The notes beneath the pieces were generated by a model. That model was not told the origin of the DNA and did not search any database. It saw nothing but the letters and a program-made list of their open reading frames with translations. 64,000 nt of DNA from Eledone cirrhosa. Its lineage: Eukaryota. The stretch's first letter is position 1, and the number at the start of each line of letters is the position of its first letter. Below, piece by piece: positions 47,403 through 62,200 of the stretch. The stretch is from assembly GCA_964016885.1 (NCBI GenBank), contig OZ024762.1, positions 29,574,001 through 29,638,000 of the forward strand, read 5' to 3'. Both the position numbers and the translations under genes were made by a program.

Positions 47403-47869
47403 ACACTCATTGATCCATTTTGCACTAACTCTGCATCAAGCACCCTCACCTAAATATTAACCAATCAAGGATCCAATACAGCTATCTGTTGGATGAGTAT
47501 TGTATAGTGCCAAAAACGAAACCAATCAGTTTAGCAGAAAATTTCCAGACAAGAAACACGCATATTTTGCTATCCTCAAACACGTTTACACATGGCATGA
47601 AATATAACTAATCCGAGATGGCTAGGTTTCAGCTTCTAACTGGATATACGAAATCCATTATGTCTTGACAACAACATGAGGTAACATTATGTTATTCACA
47701 GACACACTTTGTACACTGTTCCATATCAGAATGTATTTCCTTCGTCACATTCACAAACAGTATTGAAAATATGTTCTTCGGCAAATAAAAATGTTTTGTT
47801 CATAATATTTCAACTAGCGATTGCTCTACTCCACGCACGACCACCATAAATTAATGACCAGCTCAACAC

Positions 47870-48045
47870 AAGTATTGGTAGAGCGTCAGACACCATGCTT
47901 TGCAGTATTGTTATGGTCCTTTGCATTCTAAGTTCAAATCCTGCCGAGGTTAACTTCGACTTTCATACTTACTAATTCGATAAAATAAAGTACCAGTAAT
48001 GGACTGCCGTAATGGATTTGTGCCGAAAAATAGAAACACTATTAA
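47870..48045 (+). mobile_element. Old degenerate SINE family A copy
   Basis: agtattggtagagcgtcagacaccatgc...agttcaaatcctgccgagg...cgataaaataaagtaccagtaat. Confidence 0.8.
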
Positions 48046-48593
48046 TGTGCAATAAGAGCAAAATATAACGACATTGCTCAATTATTTTATCTAATGTTGT
48101 AATAACACAAGGAAATGTTGTTTGTGTATTTTTTTTTATATTTGCTCATAGGCTTTTACAATTTCGCTCAGCCAACAACTATTAAAAAGTGAGTTGCTTA
48201 AGATAACAATTTAATCACAAATTGTTGCTATCTTTTAATACACTCCAACAAGTCATCAAATTATGTACAATAAAAACAAATCTTATTAATTTGCTCAGGG
48301 AATATAAAGAAAATGTATATACACTGATAATTGCAATTGTATGTAAATATTTTGTTTTTGTATTGTTTATTTATGTTTTCTATTATGTATAATATATTGA
48401 TTTAATATTGATTGTTTTTTGTAGTTGTTTATATTAAAAGTCTGAAAATATTTTTATACATCTTACACTAATATTTATAAGATAATTTATAATAACAATT
48501 ACATAATCTAATTACATTACAACGATAATTTATTATTAATATATATCCTCTTTAACTAGAGTTATTACAAGCGTTGCCTTAAAAAAATATTAA

Positions 48594-49550
48594 ACTAGAC
48601 ATGAAAAATGCGCAAGCTCAAAAGTGCCACAGAATGTTATAATAAACCTTCAAAAGTGTGGGACTAGAGTTGTTGCTAAAAAATATTGTAATCATTATAT
48701 ATCGTACATTCTGTGGCATCCTTTATAAAAATAGCTTAAACCAACGAAGCCTTTATTTTTACGCTATTTCACTTAGTTAATTCTTAGAGTGTAACATATA
48801 AAAATAAATACATCTATGTTTAATGTAATAACAGCTATAAATAATTACGTAATATTATTATCATATACTCATAGTAACAAAATAATTGTGTTGAAAATTA
48901 ATATGATGCTTATATGAACGATCAAATCTATAATGATAATTTCTTAAATATACTAATAGTAAAATAATTTAGTTATCTATTGTTACATTTTCATAGAACT
49001 ATAATATTAACAATCGTATTGCATTATCAAATTTTTATCACTACAAACTTTCATATTGGAATTACCTTAAGCCACTTATTATTACTTCGCTTTCGTACTT
49101 TTACAGCTGTAGATATTGCGCTGTATCTTATATCTAATATCAATATCTCATGGTAATTTGCATGCAGTGTAAAATAGGTTTATTAATAACTTTAATATGA
49201 AATGTATTATACAGGGCTGCGGAGTCGGCCAAAAATTGACTGGCTCCAACTCAGGATCCGATATTCCCTTATTTCCTAAATTTCAGCTCCGCAGCTCTGT
49301 TATTATATTAATTAATTTATTTTATAGTTGTAAATCATATTTTTATATGTTACACTCTAAGAATTAACTAAGTGAAATAGCGTAAAAATAAAGGCTTCGT
49401 TGGTTTAAGCTATTTTTATAAAGGATGCCACAGAATGTACGATATATAATGATTACAATATTTTTTAGCAACAACTCTAGTCCCACACTTTTGAAGGTTT
49501 ATTATAACATTCTGTGGCACTTTTGAGCTTGCGCATTTTTCATGTCTAGT
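48594..49550. repeat. Long apparently perfect inverted repeat (213-bp arms, ~530-bp spacer)
   Basis: 48594-48806 is the reverse complement of 49338-49550; I saw no mismatch by eye. Confidence 0.92.
49212..49299. mobile_element. Tiny hAT-like MITE remnant
   Basis: Ends cagggctgcggag / ctccgcagctctg, with 8-bp flanks gtattata / ttattata (7/8 identical). Confidence 0.6.
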
Positions 49551-49931
49551 ATTACATACGTATATATAAATATATATATTACATACATATATATAAATAT
49601 ATACATATATAGATACGTATATATATATATGTATATATTTATATATATATATGTATATATTTATATATATATATGTATATATTTATATATACATGTTATA
49701 TATATATATATATTACATACGTATATATAAATATATACATATATAGATACGTATATATATATATGTATATATTTATATATATATATGTATATATTTATAT
49801 ATACATGTTATGTATATATTTATATATATATATGTATATATTTATATATACATGTTATATATATATATATATATATATTACACACGTATATATAAATATA
49901 TACATATATAGATACGTATATATATATATAT
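49551..49931. repeat. Compound (TA)n-based low-complexity tract with internal duplication
   Basis: Directly visible. Confidence 0.9.
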
Positions 49932-50065
49932 GCAAAATTAAATTAAGATAGACGTGTTACAGACCTGCGCATTACACACTTTACAAATTATTCCCTGTGA
50001 TTGTTTCATGTGTTTATTTTAAATATATATATATATATATATATATGTCAATCAATTTCTTGTTG

Positions 50066-50106
<41 letters not shown>

Positions 50107-50112
50107 CGTAAA

Positions 50113-50215
50113 TCATCATCATTATCATCATCGTTTAACGTCCGTGTTCCACGCTTGCATGGGTTTGGACGGGAGTTTTCCCACTTGAGGCAAGAGTGAT
50201 TGTCTTGCTCGCATA
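50113..50215 (-). mobile_element. RTE 3' terminus and (CAT)n tail anchoring the 111-bp array
   Basis: catcatc..cgtttaacgtccgtgttccacgcttgcatgggtttggacggg matches 28548-28655 and 41198-41300. Confidence 0.9.
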
Positions 50216-53200
50216 GGACTGTCTGGCGGGTTTTCTACAGCTGGATGCCCTTCCTAACACCAACCACATTTACAGTGTGGACTGGGAGATTTTTACCGTG
50301 TTGCCTACACGGCCTCATTACAGCGTGGACTGTCTGGCGGGATTTCTACAGCTGGATGCCCTTCCTAACACCAACCACATTTAGTGTGGGGTTGCGAGGT
50401 TTTTACCGTGTTGCCTACACGGCCACATTAGAGCATGGACTGTCTGGCGGGTTTTATACGGCTGGATGCCCTTCCTAACACCAACCACATTTACAGTGTG
50501 GGGCTGGGAGGTTTTTACCGTGTTGCCTACACGGCCACATTACAGCGTGGACTGTCTGGGGGGTTTTCTATAGCTGGATACCCTTCCTAACACCAACTAC
50601 GTTTACAGTGTGGAACTGGGAGGTTTTTCCCATGTTGCCTACACGGCCACATTACAGCGTGGACTGTCTGGCGGGTTTTCTACAGCTGGATGCCCTTCCT
50701 AACACCAACCACATTTACAGTGTGGACTGGGAGATTTTTACCGTGTTGCCTACACGGCCACATTACAGCGTGGACTGTCTGGCGGGTTTTCTACGGCTGG
50801 ATGCCCTTCCTAACACCAACCACATTTACAGTGTGGACTGGGCGGTTTTTACCGTGTTGCCTACACGGCCACATTACAGCGTGGACTGTCTGGCGGGTTA
50901 TCTACGGCTGGATGCCCTTCCTAACACCAACCACATTTACAGTGTGGACTGGGAGGTTTTTACCGTGTTGCCTACACGGCCACGTTACAGCGTGGACTGT
51001 GTGGCGGGTTTTCTACGGCTGGATGCCCTTCCTAACACCAACCACATTTACATTGTGGACTGGGAGATTTTTACAGTGTTGCCTACACGGCCACATTACA
51101 GCGTGGACTGACTGGCGGGTTTTCTACAGCTGGATGCTCTTCCTAACACCAACCACATTTACAGTGTGGACTGGGAGATTTTTACCGTGTTGCCTACACG
51201 GCCACATTACAGCGTGGACTGTCTGGCGGGTTTTCTACGGCTGGATGCCCTTCATAACACCAACCACATTTACAGTGTGGGGCTGGGAGGTTTTTACTGT
51301 GTTGCCTACACAGCCACATTACAGCGTGGACTGTCTGGCGGGTTTTCTACAGCTGGATGCCCTTCCTAACACCAACTACGTTTACAGTGTGGAACTGGGA
51401 GGTTTTTACCGTGTTGCCTACACGGCCACATTACAGCGTGGACTGTCTGGCGGGTTTTCTACGGCTGGATGCCCTACCTAACACCAACCACATTTACAGT
51501 GTGGACTGGGAGATTTTTACCGTGTTGCCTACACGGCCACATTACAGCGTGGACTGACTGGCGGGTTTTCTACAGCTGGATGCTGTTCCTAACACCAACC
51601 ACATTTACAGTCTGGACTGGGAGGTTTTTACCGTGTTGCCTACACGGCCACATTACAGCGTGGACTGTCTGGCGGGTTTTCTACGGCTGGATGCCCTTTC
51701 TAACACCAACCACATTTACATTGTGGACTGGGAGATTTTTACCGTGTTGCCTACACGGCCACATTACAGCGTGGACTGTCTGGCGGGTTTTCTACGGCTG
51801 GATGCCCTTCCTAACACCAACCACATTTAGTGTGGGGTTGCGTGGTTTTTACCGTGTTGCCTACACGGCCACATTACAGCGTGGACTGTCTGGCGGGTTT
51901 TCTATGGCTGGATGCCCTTTCTAACACCAACCACATTTACAGTGTGGGCTGGGAGGTTTTTACCGTGTTGCCTACACGGCCACATTACAGCGTGGACTAT
52001 CTGGCGGGTTTTCTACAGCTGGATGCCCTTCCTAACACCAACTACGCTTACAGTGTGGAACTGGGAGGTTTTTTCCGTGTTGCCTACACGGCCACATTAC
52101 AGCGTGGACTGTCTGGCGGGTTTTCCACAGCTGGATGCCCTTCCTAACACCAACCACATTTACAGTGTGGACTGGGCGGTTTTTACCGTGTTGCCTACAC
52201 GGCCACATTACAGCGTGGACTGTCTGGCGGGTTATCTACGGCTGGATGCCCTTCCTAACACCAACCACATTTACAGTGTGGACTGGGAGGTTTTTACCGT
52301 GTTGCCTACACGGCCACATTACAGCGTGGACTGTCTGGCGGGTTATCTACGGCTGGATGCCCTTCCTAACACCAACCACATTTACAGTGTGGACTGGAGG
52401 TTTTTACCGTGTTGCCTACACGGCCACGTTACAGCGTGGACTGTGTGGCGGGTTTTCTACGGCTGGATGCCCTTCCTAACACCAACCACATTTACATTGT
52501 GGACTGGGAGATTTTTACAGTGTTGCCTACACGGCCACATTACAGCGTGGACTGACTGGCGGGTTTTCTACAGCTGGATGCTCTTCCTAACACCAACCAC
52601 ATTTACAGTGTGGACTGGGAGATTTTTACCGTGTTGCCTACACGGCCACATTACAGCGTGGACTGTCTGGCGGGTTTTCTACGGCTGGATGCCCTTCCTA
52701 ACACCAACCACATTTACAGTGTGGGGCTGGGAGGTTTTTACTGTGTTGCCTACACAGCCACATTACAGCGTGGACTGTCTGGCGGGTTTTCTACAGCTGG
52801 ATGCCCTTCCTAACACCAACTACGTTTACAGTGTGGAACTGGGAGGTTTTTACCGTGTTGCCTACACGGCCACATTACAGCGTGGACTGTCTGGCGGGTT
52901 TTCTACGGCTGGATGCCCTACCTAACACCAACCACATTTACAGTGTGGACTGGGAGATTTTTACCGTGTTGCCTACACGGCCACATTACAGCGTGGACTG
53001 ACTGGCGGGTTTTCTACAGCTGGATGCTGTTCCTAACACCAACCACATTTACAGTCTGGACTGGGAGGTTTTTACCGTGTTGCCTACACGGCCACATTAC
53101 AGCGTGGACTGTCTGGCGGGTTTTCTACGGCTGGATGCCCTTTCTAACACCAACCACATTTACATTGTGGACTGGGAGATTTTTACCGTGTTGCCTACAC

Positions 53201-56200
53201 GGCCACATTACAGCGTGGACTGTCTGGCGGGTTTTCTACGGCTGGATGCCCTTCCTAACACCAACCACATTTAGTGTGGGGTTGCGTGGTTTTTACCGTG
53301 TTGCCTACACGGCCACATTACAGCGTGGACTGTCTGGCGGGTTTTCTATGGCTGGATGCCCTTTCTAACACCAACCACATTTACAGTGTGGGCTGGGAGG
53401 TTTTTACCGTGTTGCCTACACGGCCACATTACAGCGTGGACTATCTGGCGGGTTTTCTACAGCTGGATGCCCTTCCTAACACCAACTACGCTTACAGTGT
53501 GGAACTGGGAGGTTTTTTCCGTGTTGCCTACACGGCCACATTACAGCGTGGACTGTCTGGCGGGTTTTCCACAGCTGGATGCCCTTCCTAACACCAACCA
53601 CATTTACAGTGTGGACTGGGAGATTTTTACCGTGTTGCCTACACGGCCACATTACAGCGTGGACTGTCTGGCGGGTTTTCTACGGCTGGATGCCCTTCCT
53701 AACACCAACCACATTTACAGTGTGGACTGGGAGGTTTTTACCGTGTTGCCTACACGGCCACATTACAGCGTGGACTGTCTGGCGGGTTTTCTACGGCTGG
53801 ATGCCCTTCCTAACACCAACTACGTTTACAGTGTGGAACTGGGAGGTTTTTAGCGTGTTGCCTACACGGCCACATTACAGCGTGGACTGTCTGGCGGGTT
53901 TTCTACAGCTGGATGCCCTTCCTAACACCAACCACATTTACAGTGTGGACTGGGAGATTTTTACCGTGTTGCCTACACGGCCACATTACAGAGTGGACTG
54001 TCTGGCGGGTTTTCTACGGCTGGATGCCCTTCCTAACACCAACCACATTTACAGTGTGGACTGGGATGTTTTTACCGTGTTGCCTACACGGCCACATTAG
54101 AGCGTGGACTGTCTGGCGGGTTATCTACGGCTGGATGCCCTTCCTAACACCAACCACATTTACAGTGTGGACTGGGAGGTTTTTACCGTGTTGCCTACAC
54201 GGCCACATTACAGCGTGGACTGTCTGGCGGATTTTCTACGGCTGGATGCCCTTCCTAACACCAACCACATTTACATTGTGGACTGGGAGATTTTTACCGT
54301 GTTGCCTACACGGCCACATTACAGCGTGGACTGACTGGCGGGTTTTCTACAGCTGGATGCTCTTCCTAACACCAACCACATTTACAGTGTGGACTGGGAG
54401 ATTTTTACCGTGTTGCCTACACGGCCACATTACAGCGTGGACTGTCTGGCGGGTTTTCTACGGCTGGATGCCCTTCCTAACACCAACCACATTTACAGTG
54501 TGGGGCTGGGAGGTTTTTACTGTGTTGCCTCCACAGCCACATTACAGCGTGGACTGTCTGGCGGGTTTTCTACAGCTGGATGCCCTTCCTAACACCAACT
54601 ACGTTTACAGTGTGGAACTGGGAGGTTTTTACCGTGTTGCCTACACGGCCACATTACAGCGTGGACTGTCTGGCGGGTTTTCTACGGCTGGATGCCCTTC
54701 CTAACACCAACCACATTTACAGTGTGGGCTGGGAGGTTTTTACCGTGTTGCCTACACGGCAACATTATAGTGTGGACTGTCTGGCGGGTTTTCTACAGCT
54801 GGATGCCCTTCCTAACACCAACTACGCTTACAGTGTGGAACTGGGAGGTTTTTACCGTGTTGCCTACACGGCCACATTACAGCGTGGACTGTCTGGCGGG
54901 TTTTCTACAGCTGGATGCCCTTCCTAACACCAACCACATTTACAGTGTGGACTGGGAGATTTTTACCGTGTTGCCTACACGGCCACATTACAGCGTGGAC
55001 TGTCTGGCGGGTTTTCTACGACTGGATGCCCTTCCTAACACCAACCACATTTACAGTGTGGACTGGGCGGTTTTTACCGTGTTGCCTACACGGCCACATT
55101 ACAGCGTGGACTGTCTGGCGGGTTTTCTACGGCTGGATGCCCTTCCTAACACCAACCACATTTACAGTGTGGACTGGGAGGTTTTTACAGTGTTGCCTAC
55201 ACGGCCACATTACAGCGTGGACTGTCTGGCGGGTTTTCTACGGCTTGATGCCCTTCCTAACACCAACCACATTTAGTGTGGGGTTGCGAGGTTTTTACTG
55301 TGTTGCTTACACGGCCACATTATAGCGTGGACTGTCTGGCGGGTTTTCTACGGCTGGATGCCCTTCCTAACACCAACCACATTTACAGTGTGGACTGGGA
55401 GGTTTTTACCGTGTTGCCTACACGGCCACATTACAGCGTGGACTGTCTGGCGGGTTTTCTACGGCTGGATGCCCTTCCTAACACCAACCACATTTACATT
55501 GTGGACTGGGAGATTTTTACCGTGTTGCCTACACGGCCACATTACAGCGTGGACTGTCTGGCGGGTTTTCTACGGCTGGATGCCCTTCCTAACACCAACC
55601 ACATTTACAGTGTGGGGCTGGAAGGTTTTTACTGTGTTGCCTACACAGCCACATTACAGCGTGGACTGTCTGGCGGGTTTTCTACAGCTGGATGCCCTTC
55701 CTAACACCAACCACATTTACAGTGTGGGCTGGGAGGTTTTTACCGTGTTGCCTACACGGCCACATTACAGTGTGGACTGTCTGGCGGGTTTTTACCGTGT
55801 TGCCTACACGGCCACATTACAGCGTGGACTGTCTGGCGGGTTTTCTACGGCTGGATGCCCTTCCTAACACCAACCACATTTACAGTGTGGACTGGGAGAT
55901 TTTTACCGTGTTGCCTACACGGCCACATTACAGCGTGGACTGTCTGGCGGGTTTTCTAAGGCTGGATGCCCTTCCTAACACCAACCACATTTACAGTGTG
56001 GGCTGGGAGGTTTTTACCGTGTTGCCTACACGGCCACATTACAGTGTGGACTGTCTGGCGGGTTTTCTACAGCTGGATGCCCTTCCTAACACCAACTACG
56101 CTTACAGTGTGGAACTGGGAGGTTTTTACCGGGTTGCCTACACGGCCACATTACAGCGTGGACTGTCTGGCGGGTTATCTACGGCTGGATGCCCTTCCTA

Positions 56201-59200
56201 ACACCAACCACATTTACAGTGTGGACTGGGAGGTTTTTACCGTGTTGCCTACACGGCCACATTACAGCGTGGACTGTCTGGCAGGTTTTCTGCAGCTGGA
56301 TGCCCTTCCTAACACCAACTACGCTTACAGTGTGGAACTGGGAGGTTTTTACCGTGTTGCCTACACGGCCACATTACAGCGTGGACTGTCTGGCGGGTTT
56401 TCTACAGCTGGATGCCCTTCCTAACACCAACCACATTTACAGTGTGGACTGGGAGATTTTTACCGTGTTGCCTACACGGCCACATTACAGCGTGGACTGT
56501 CTGGCGGGTTTCCTACGGCTGGATGCCCTTCCTAACACCAACCACATTTACAGTGTGGACTGGGAGGTTTTTACCGTGTTGCCTACACGGCCACATTACA
56601 GCGTTGACTGTCTGGCGGATTTTCTACGGCTGGATGCCCTTCCTAACACCAACCACATTTACAGTGTGGACTGGGAGGTTTTTACCGTGTTGCCTACACG
56701 GCCACATTACAGCGTGGACTGTCTGGCGGGTTTTCTACGACTGGATGCCCTTCCTAACACCAACCACATTTACAGTGTGGACTGGGCGGTTTTTACCGTG
56801 TTGCCTACACGGCCACATTACAGCGTGGACTGTCTGGCGGGTTTTCTACGGCTGGATGCCCTTCCTAACACCAACCACATTTACAGTGTGGACTGGGAGG
56901 TTTTTACAGTGTTGCCTACACGGCCACATTACAGCGTGGACTGTCTGGCGGGTTTTCTACGGCTTGATGCCCTTCCTAACACCAACCACATTTAGTGTGG
57001 GGTTGCGAGGTTTTTACTGTGTTGCTTACACGGCCACATTATAGCGTGGACTGTCTGGCGGGTTTTCTACGGCTGGATGCCCTTCCTAACACCAACCACA
57101 TTTACAGTGTGGACTGGGAGGTTTTTACCGTGTTGCCTACACGGCCACATTACAGCGTGGACTGTCTGGCGGGTTATCTACGGCTGGATGCCCTTCCTAA
57201 CACCAACCACATTTACAGTGTGGACTGGGAGGTTTTTACAGTGTTGCCTACACGGCCACATTACAGCGTGGACTGTCTGGCGGGTTTTCTACGGCTGGAT
57301 GCCCTTCCTAACACCAACCACATTTACATTGTGGACTGGGAGATTTTTACCGTGTTGCCTACACGGCCACATTACAGCGTGGACTGTCTGGCGGGTTTTC
57401 TACGGCTGGATGCCCTTCCTAACACCAACCACATTTACAGTGTGGGGCTGGAAGGTTTTTACTGTGTTGCCTACACAGCCACATTACAGCGTGGACTGTC
57501 TGGCGGGTTTTCTACAGCTGGATGCCCTTCCTAACACCAACTACGTTTACAGTGTGGAACTGGGAGGTTTTTACCGTGTTGCCTACACGGCCACATTACA
57601 GCGTGGACTGTCTGGCGGGTTTTCTACGGCTGGATGCCCTTCCTAACACCAACCACATTTACAGTGTGGGCTGGGAGGTTTTTACCGTGTTGCCTACACG
57701 GCCACATTACAGTGTGGACTGTCTGGCGGGTTTTTACCGTGTTGCCTACACGGCCACATTACAGCGTGGACTGTCTGGCGGGTTTTCTACGACTGGATGC
57801 CCTTCCTAACACCAACCACATTTACAGTGTGGACTGGGCGGTTTTTACCGTGTTGCCTACACGGCCACATTACAGCGTGGACTGTCTGGCGGGTTTTCTA
57901 CGGCTGGATGCCCTTCCTAACACCAACCACATTTACAGTGTGGACTGGGAGGTTTTTACAGTGTTGCTTACACGGCCACATTACAGCGTGGACTGTCTGG
58001 CGGGTTTTCTACGGCTTGATGCCCTTCCTAACACCAACCACATTTAGTGTGGGGTTGCGAGGTTTTTACTGTGTTGCTTACACGGCCACATTATAGCGTG
58101 GACTGTCTGGCGCGTTTTTTACGGCTGGATGCCCTTCCTAACACCAACCACATTTACAGTGTGGACTGGGAGGTTTTTACCGTGTTGCCTACACGGCCAC
58201 ATTACAGCGTGGACTGTCTGGCGGGTTATCTACGGCTGGATGCCCTTCCTAACACCAACCACATTTACAGTGTGGACTGGGAGGTTTTTACCGTGTTGCC
58301 TACACGGCCACATTACAGCGTGGACTGTCTGGCGGGTTTTCTACGGCTGGATGCCCTTCCTAACACCAACCATATTTACATTGTGGACTGGGAGATTTTT
58401 ACCGTGTTGCCTACACGGCCACATTACAGCGTGGACTGTCTGGCGGGTTTTCTACGGCTGGATGCCCTTCCTAACACCAACCACATTTACAGTGTGGGGC
58501 TGGAAGGTTTTTACTGTGTTGCCTACACAGCCACATTACAGCGTGGACTGTCTGGCGGGTTTTCTACAGCTGGATGCCCTTCCTAACACCAACTACGTTT
58601 ACAGTGTGGAACTGGGAGGTTTTTACCGTGTTGCCTACACGGCCACATTACAGCGTGGACTGTCTGGCGGGTTTTCTACGGCTGGATGCCCTTCCTAACA
58701 CCAACCACATTTACAGTGTGGGCTGGGAGGTTTTTACCGTGTTGCCTACACGGCCACATTACAGTGTGGACTGTCTGGCGGGTTTTTACCGTGTTGCCTA
58801 CACGGCCACATTACAGCGTGGACTGTCTGGCGGGTTTTCTACGGCTGGATGCCCTTCCCAACACCAACCACATTTACAGTGTGGACTGGGAGATTTTTAC
58901 CGTGTTGCCTACACGGCCACATTACAGCGTGGACTGTCTGGCGGGTTTTCTAAGGCTGGATGCCCTTCCTAACACCAACCACATTTACAGTGTGGGCTGG
59001 GAGGTTTTTACCGTGTTGCCTACACGGCCACATTACAGCGTGGACTGTCTGGCAGGTTTTCTGCAGCTGGATGCCCTTCCTAACACCAACTACGCTTACA
59101 GTGTGGAACTGGGAGGTTTTTACCGTGTTGCCTACACGGCCACATTACAGCGTGGACTGTCTGGCGGGTTTTCTACAGCTGGATGCCCTTCCTAACACCA

Positions 59201-62200
59201 ACCACATTTACAGTGTGGACTGGGAGATTTTTACCATGTTGCCTACACGGCCACATTACAGCGTGGACTGTCTGGCGGGTTTCCTACGGCTGGATGCCCT
59301 TCCTAACACCAACCACATTTACAGTGTGGACTGGGAGGTTTTTACCGTGTTGCCTACACGGCCACATTACAGCGTTGACTGTCTGGCGGATTTTCTACGG
59401 CTGGATGCCCTTCCTAACACCAACCACATTTACAGTGTGGACTGGGAGGTTTTTACCGTGTTGCCTACACGGCCACATTACAGCGTGGACTGTCTGGCGG
59501 GTTTTCTACGGCTGGATGCCCTTCCTAACACCAACCACATTTAGTGTGGGGTTGCGAGGTTTTTACTGTGTTGCTTACACGGCCACATTATAGCGTGGAC
59601 TGCCTGGCGGGTTTTCTACGGCTGGATGCCCTTCCTAACACCAACCACATTTACAGTGTGGACTGGGAGGTTTTTACCGTGTTGCCTACACGGCCACATT
59701 ACAGCGTGGATTGACTGGCGGGTTTTCTACGGCTGGATGTCCTTCCTAACACCAACCACATTTACAGTGTGGGGCTGGGAGGTTTTTACTGTGTTGCCTA
59801 CACAGCCACATTACAGCGTGGACTGTCTGGCGGGTTTTCTACAGCTAGATGCCCTTCCTAACACCAACTACGTTTACAGTGTGGAACTGGGAGGTTTTTA
59901 CCGTGTTGCCTACACGGCCACATTACAGCGTGGACTGTCTGGCGGGTTTTCTACGGCTGGATGCCCTTCCTAACACCAACCACATTTACAGTGTGGGCTG
60001 GGAGGTTTTTGCCGTGTTGCCTTCACGGCCACATTACAGTGTGGACTGTCTGGCGGGTTTTCTACAGCTGGATGCCCTTCCTAACACCAACTACGCTTAC
60101 AGTGTGGAACTGGGAGGTTTTTACCGTGTTGCCTACACGGCCACATTACAGTGTGGACTGTCTGGCGGGTTTTTACCGTGTTGCCCACACGGCCACATTA
60201 CAGCGTGGACTGTCTGGCGGGTTTTCTACGGCTGGATGCCCTTCCTAACACCAACCACATTTACAGTGTGGACTGGGAGATTTTTACCGTGTTGCCTACA
60301 CGGCCACATTACAGCGTGGACTGTCTGGCGGGTTTTCTAAGGCTGGATGCCCTTCCTAACACCAACCACATTTACAGTGTGGGCTGGGAGGTTTTTACCG
60401 TGTTGCCTACACGGCCACATTACAGTGTGGACTGTCTGGCGGGTTTTCTACAGCTGGATGCCTTTCCTAACACCAACTACGCTTACAGTGTGGAACTGGG
60501 AGGTTTTTACCGGGTTGCCTACACGGCCACATTACAGCGTGGACTGTCTGGCGGGTTATCTACGGCTGGATGCCCTTCCTAACACCAACCACATTTACAG
60601 TGTGGACTGGGAGGTTTTTACCGTGTTGCCTACACGGCCACATTACAGCGTGGACTGTCTGGCAGGTTTTCTGCAGATGGATGCCCTTCCTAACACCAAC
60701 TACGCTTACAGTGTGGAACTGGGAGGTTTTTACCGTGTTGCCTACACGGCCACATTACAGCGTGGACTGTCTGGCGGGTTTTCTACAGCTGGATGCCCTT
60801 CCTAACACCAACCACATTTACAGTGTGGACTGGGAGATTTTTACCGTGTTGCCTACACGGCCACATTACAGCGTGGACTGTCTGGCGGGTTTCCTACGGC
60901 TGGATGCCCTTCCTAACACCAACCACATTTACAGTGTGGACTGGGAGGTTTTTACCGTGTTGCCTACACGGCCACATTACAGCGTTGACTGTCTGGCGGA
61001 TTTTCTACGGCTGGATGCCCTTCCTAACACCAACCACATTTACAGTGTGGACTGGGAGGTTTTTACCGTGTTGCCTACACGGCCACATTACAGCGTGGAC
61101 TGTCTGGCGGGTTTTCTACGACTGGATGCCCTTCCTAACACCAACCACATTTACATTGTGGACTGGGAGATTTTTACCATGTTGCCTACACGGCCACATT
61201 ACAGCGTGGACTGTCTGGCGGGTTTTCTACGGCTGGATGCCCTTCCTAACACCAACCACATTTACAGTGTGGACTGGGAGGTTTTTACAGTGTTGCCTAC
61301 ACGGCCACATTACAGCGTGGACTGTCTGGCGGGTTTTCTACGGCTTGATGCCCTTCCTAACACCAACCACATTTAGTGTGGGGTTGCGAGGTTTTTACTG
61401 TGTTGCTTACACGGCCACATTATAGCGTGGACTGTCTGGCGGGTTTTCTACGGCTGGATGCCCTTCCTAACACCAACCACATTTACAGTGTGGACTGGGA
61501 GGTTTTTACCGTGTTGCCTACACGGCCACATTACAGCGTGGATTGTCTGGCGGGTTATCTACGGCTGGATGCCCTTCCTAACACCAACCACATTTACAGT
61601 GTGGACTGGGAGGTTTTTACCGTGTTGCCTACACGGCCACATTACAGCGTGGACTGTCTGGCGGGTTTTCTACGGCTGGATGCCCTTCCTAACACCAACC
61701 ACATTTACATTGTGGACTGGGAGATTTTTACCGTGTTGCCTACACGGCCACATTACAGCGTGGACTGTCTGGCGGGTTTTTACCGTGTTGCCTACACGGC
61801 CACATTACAGCGTGGACTGTCTGGCGGGTTTTCTACGACTGGATGCCCTTCCTAACACCAACCACATTTACAGTGTGGACTGGGCGGTTTTTACCGTGTT
61901 GCCTACACGGCCACATTACAGCGTGGACTGTCTGGCGGGTTTTCTACGGCTGGATGCCCTTCCTAACACCAACCACATTTACAGTGTGGACTGGGAGGTT
62001 TTTACAGTGTTGCCTACACGGCCACATTACAGCGTGGACTGTCTGGCGGGTTTTCTACGGCTTGATGCCCTTCCTAACACCAACCACATTTAGTGTGGGG
62101 TTGCGAGGTTTTTACTGTGTTGCTTACACGGCCACATTATAGCGTGGACTGTCTGGCGGGTTTTTTACGGCTGGATGCCCTTCCTAACACCAACCACATT

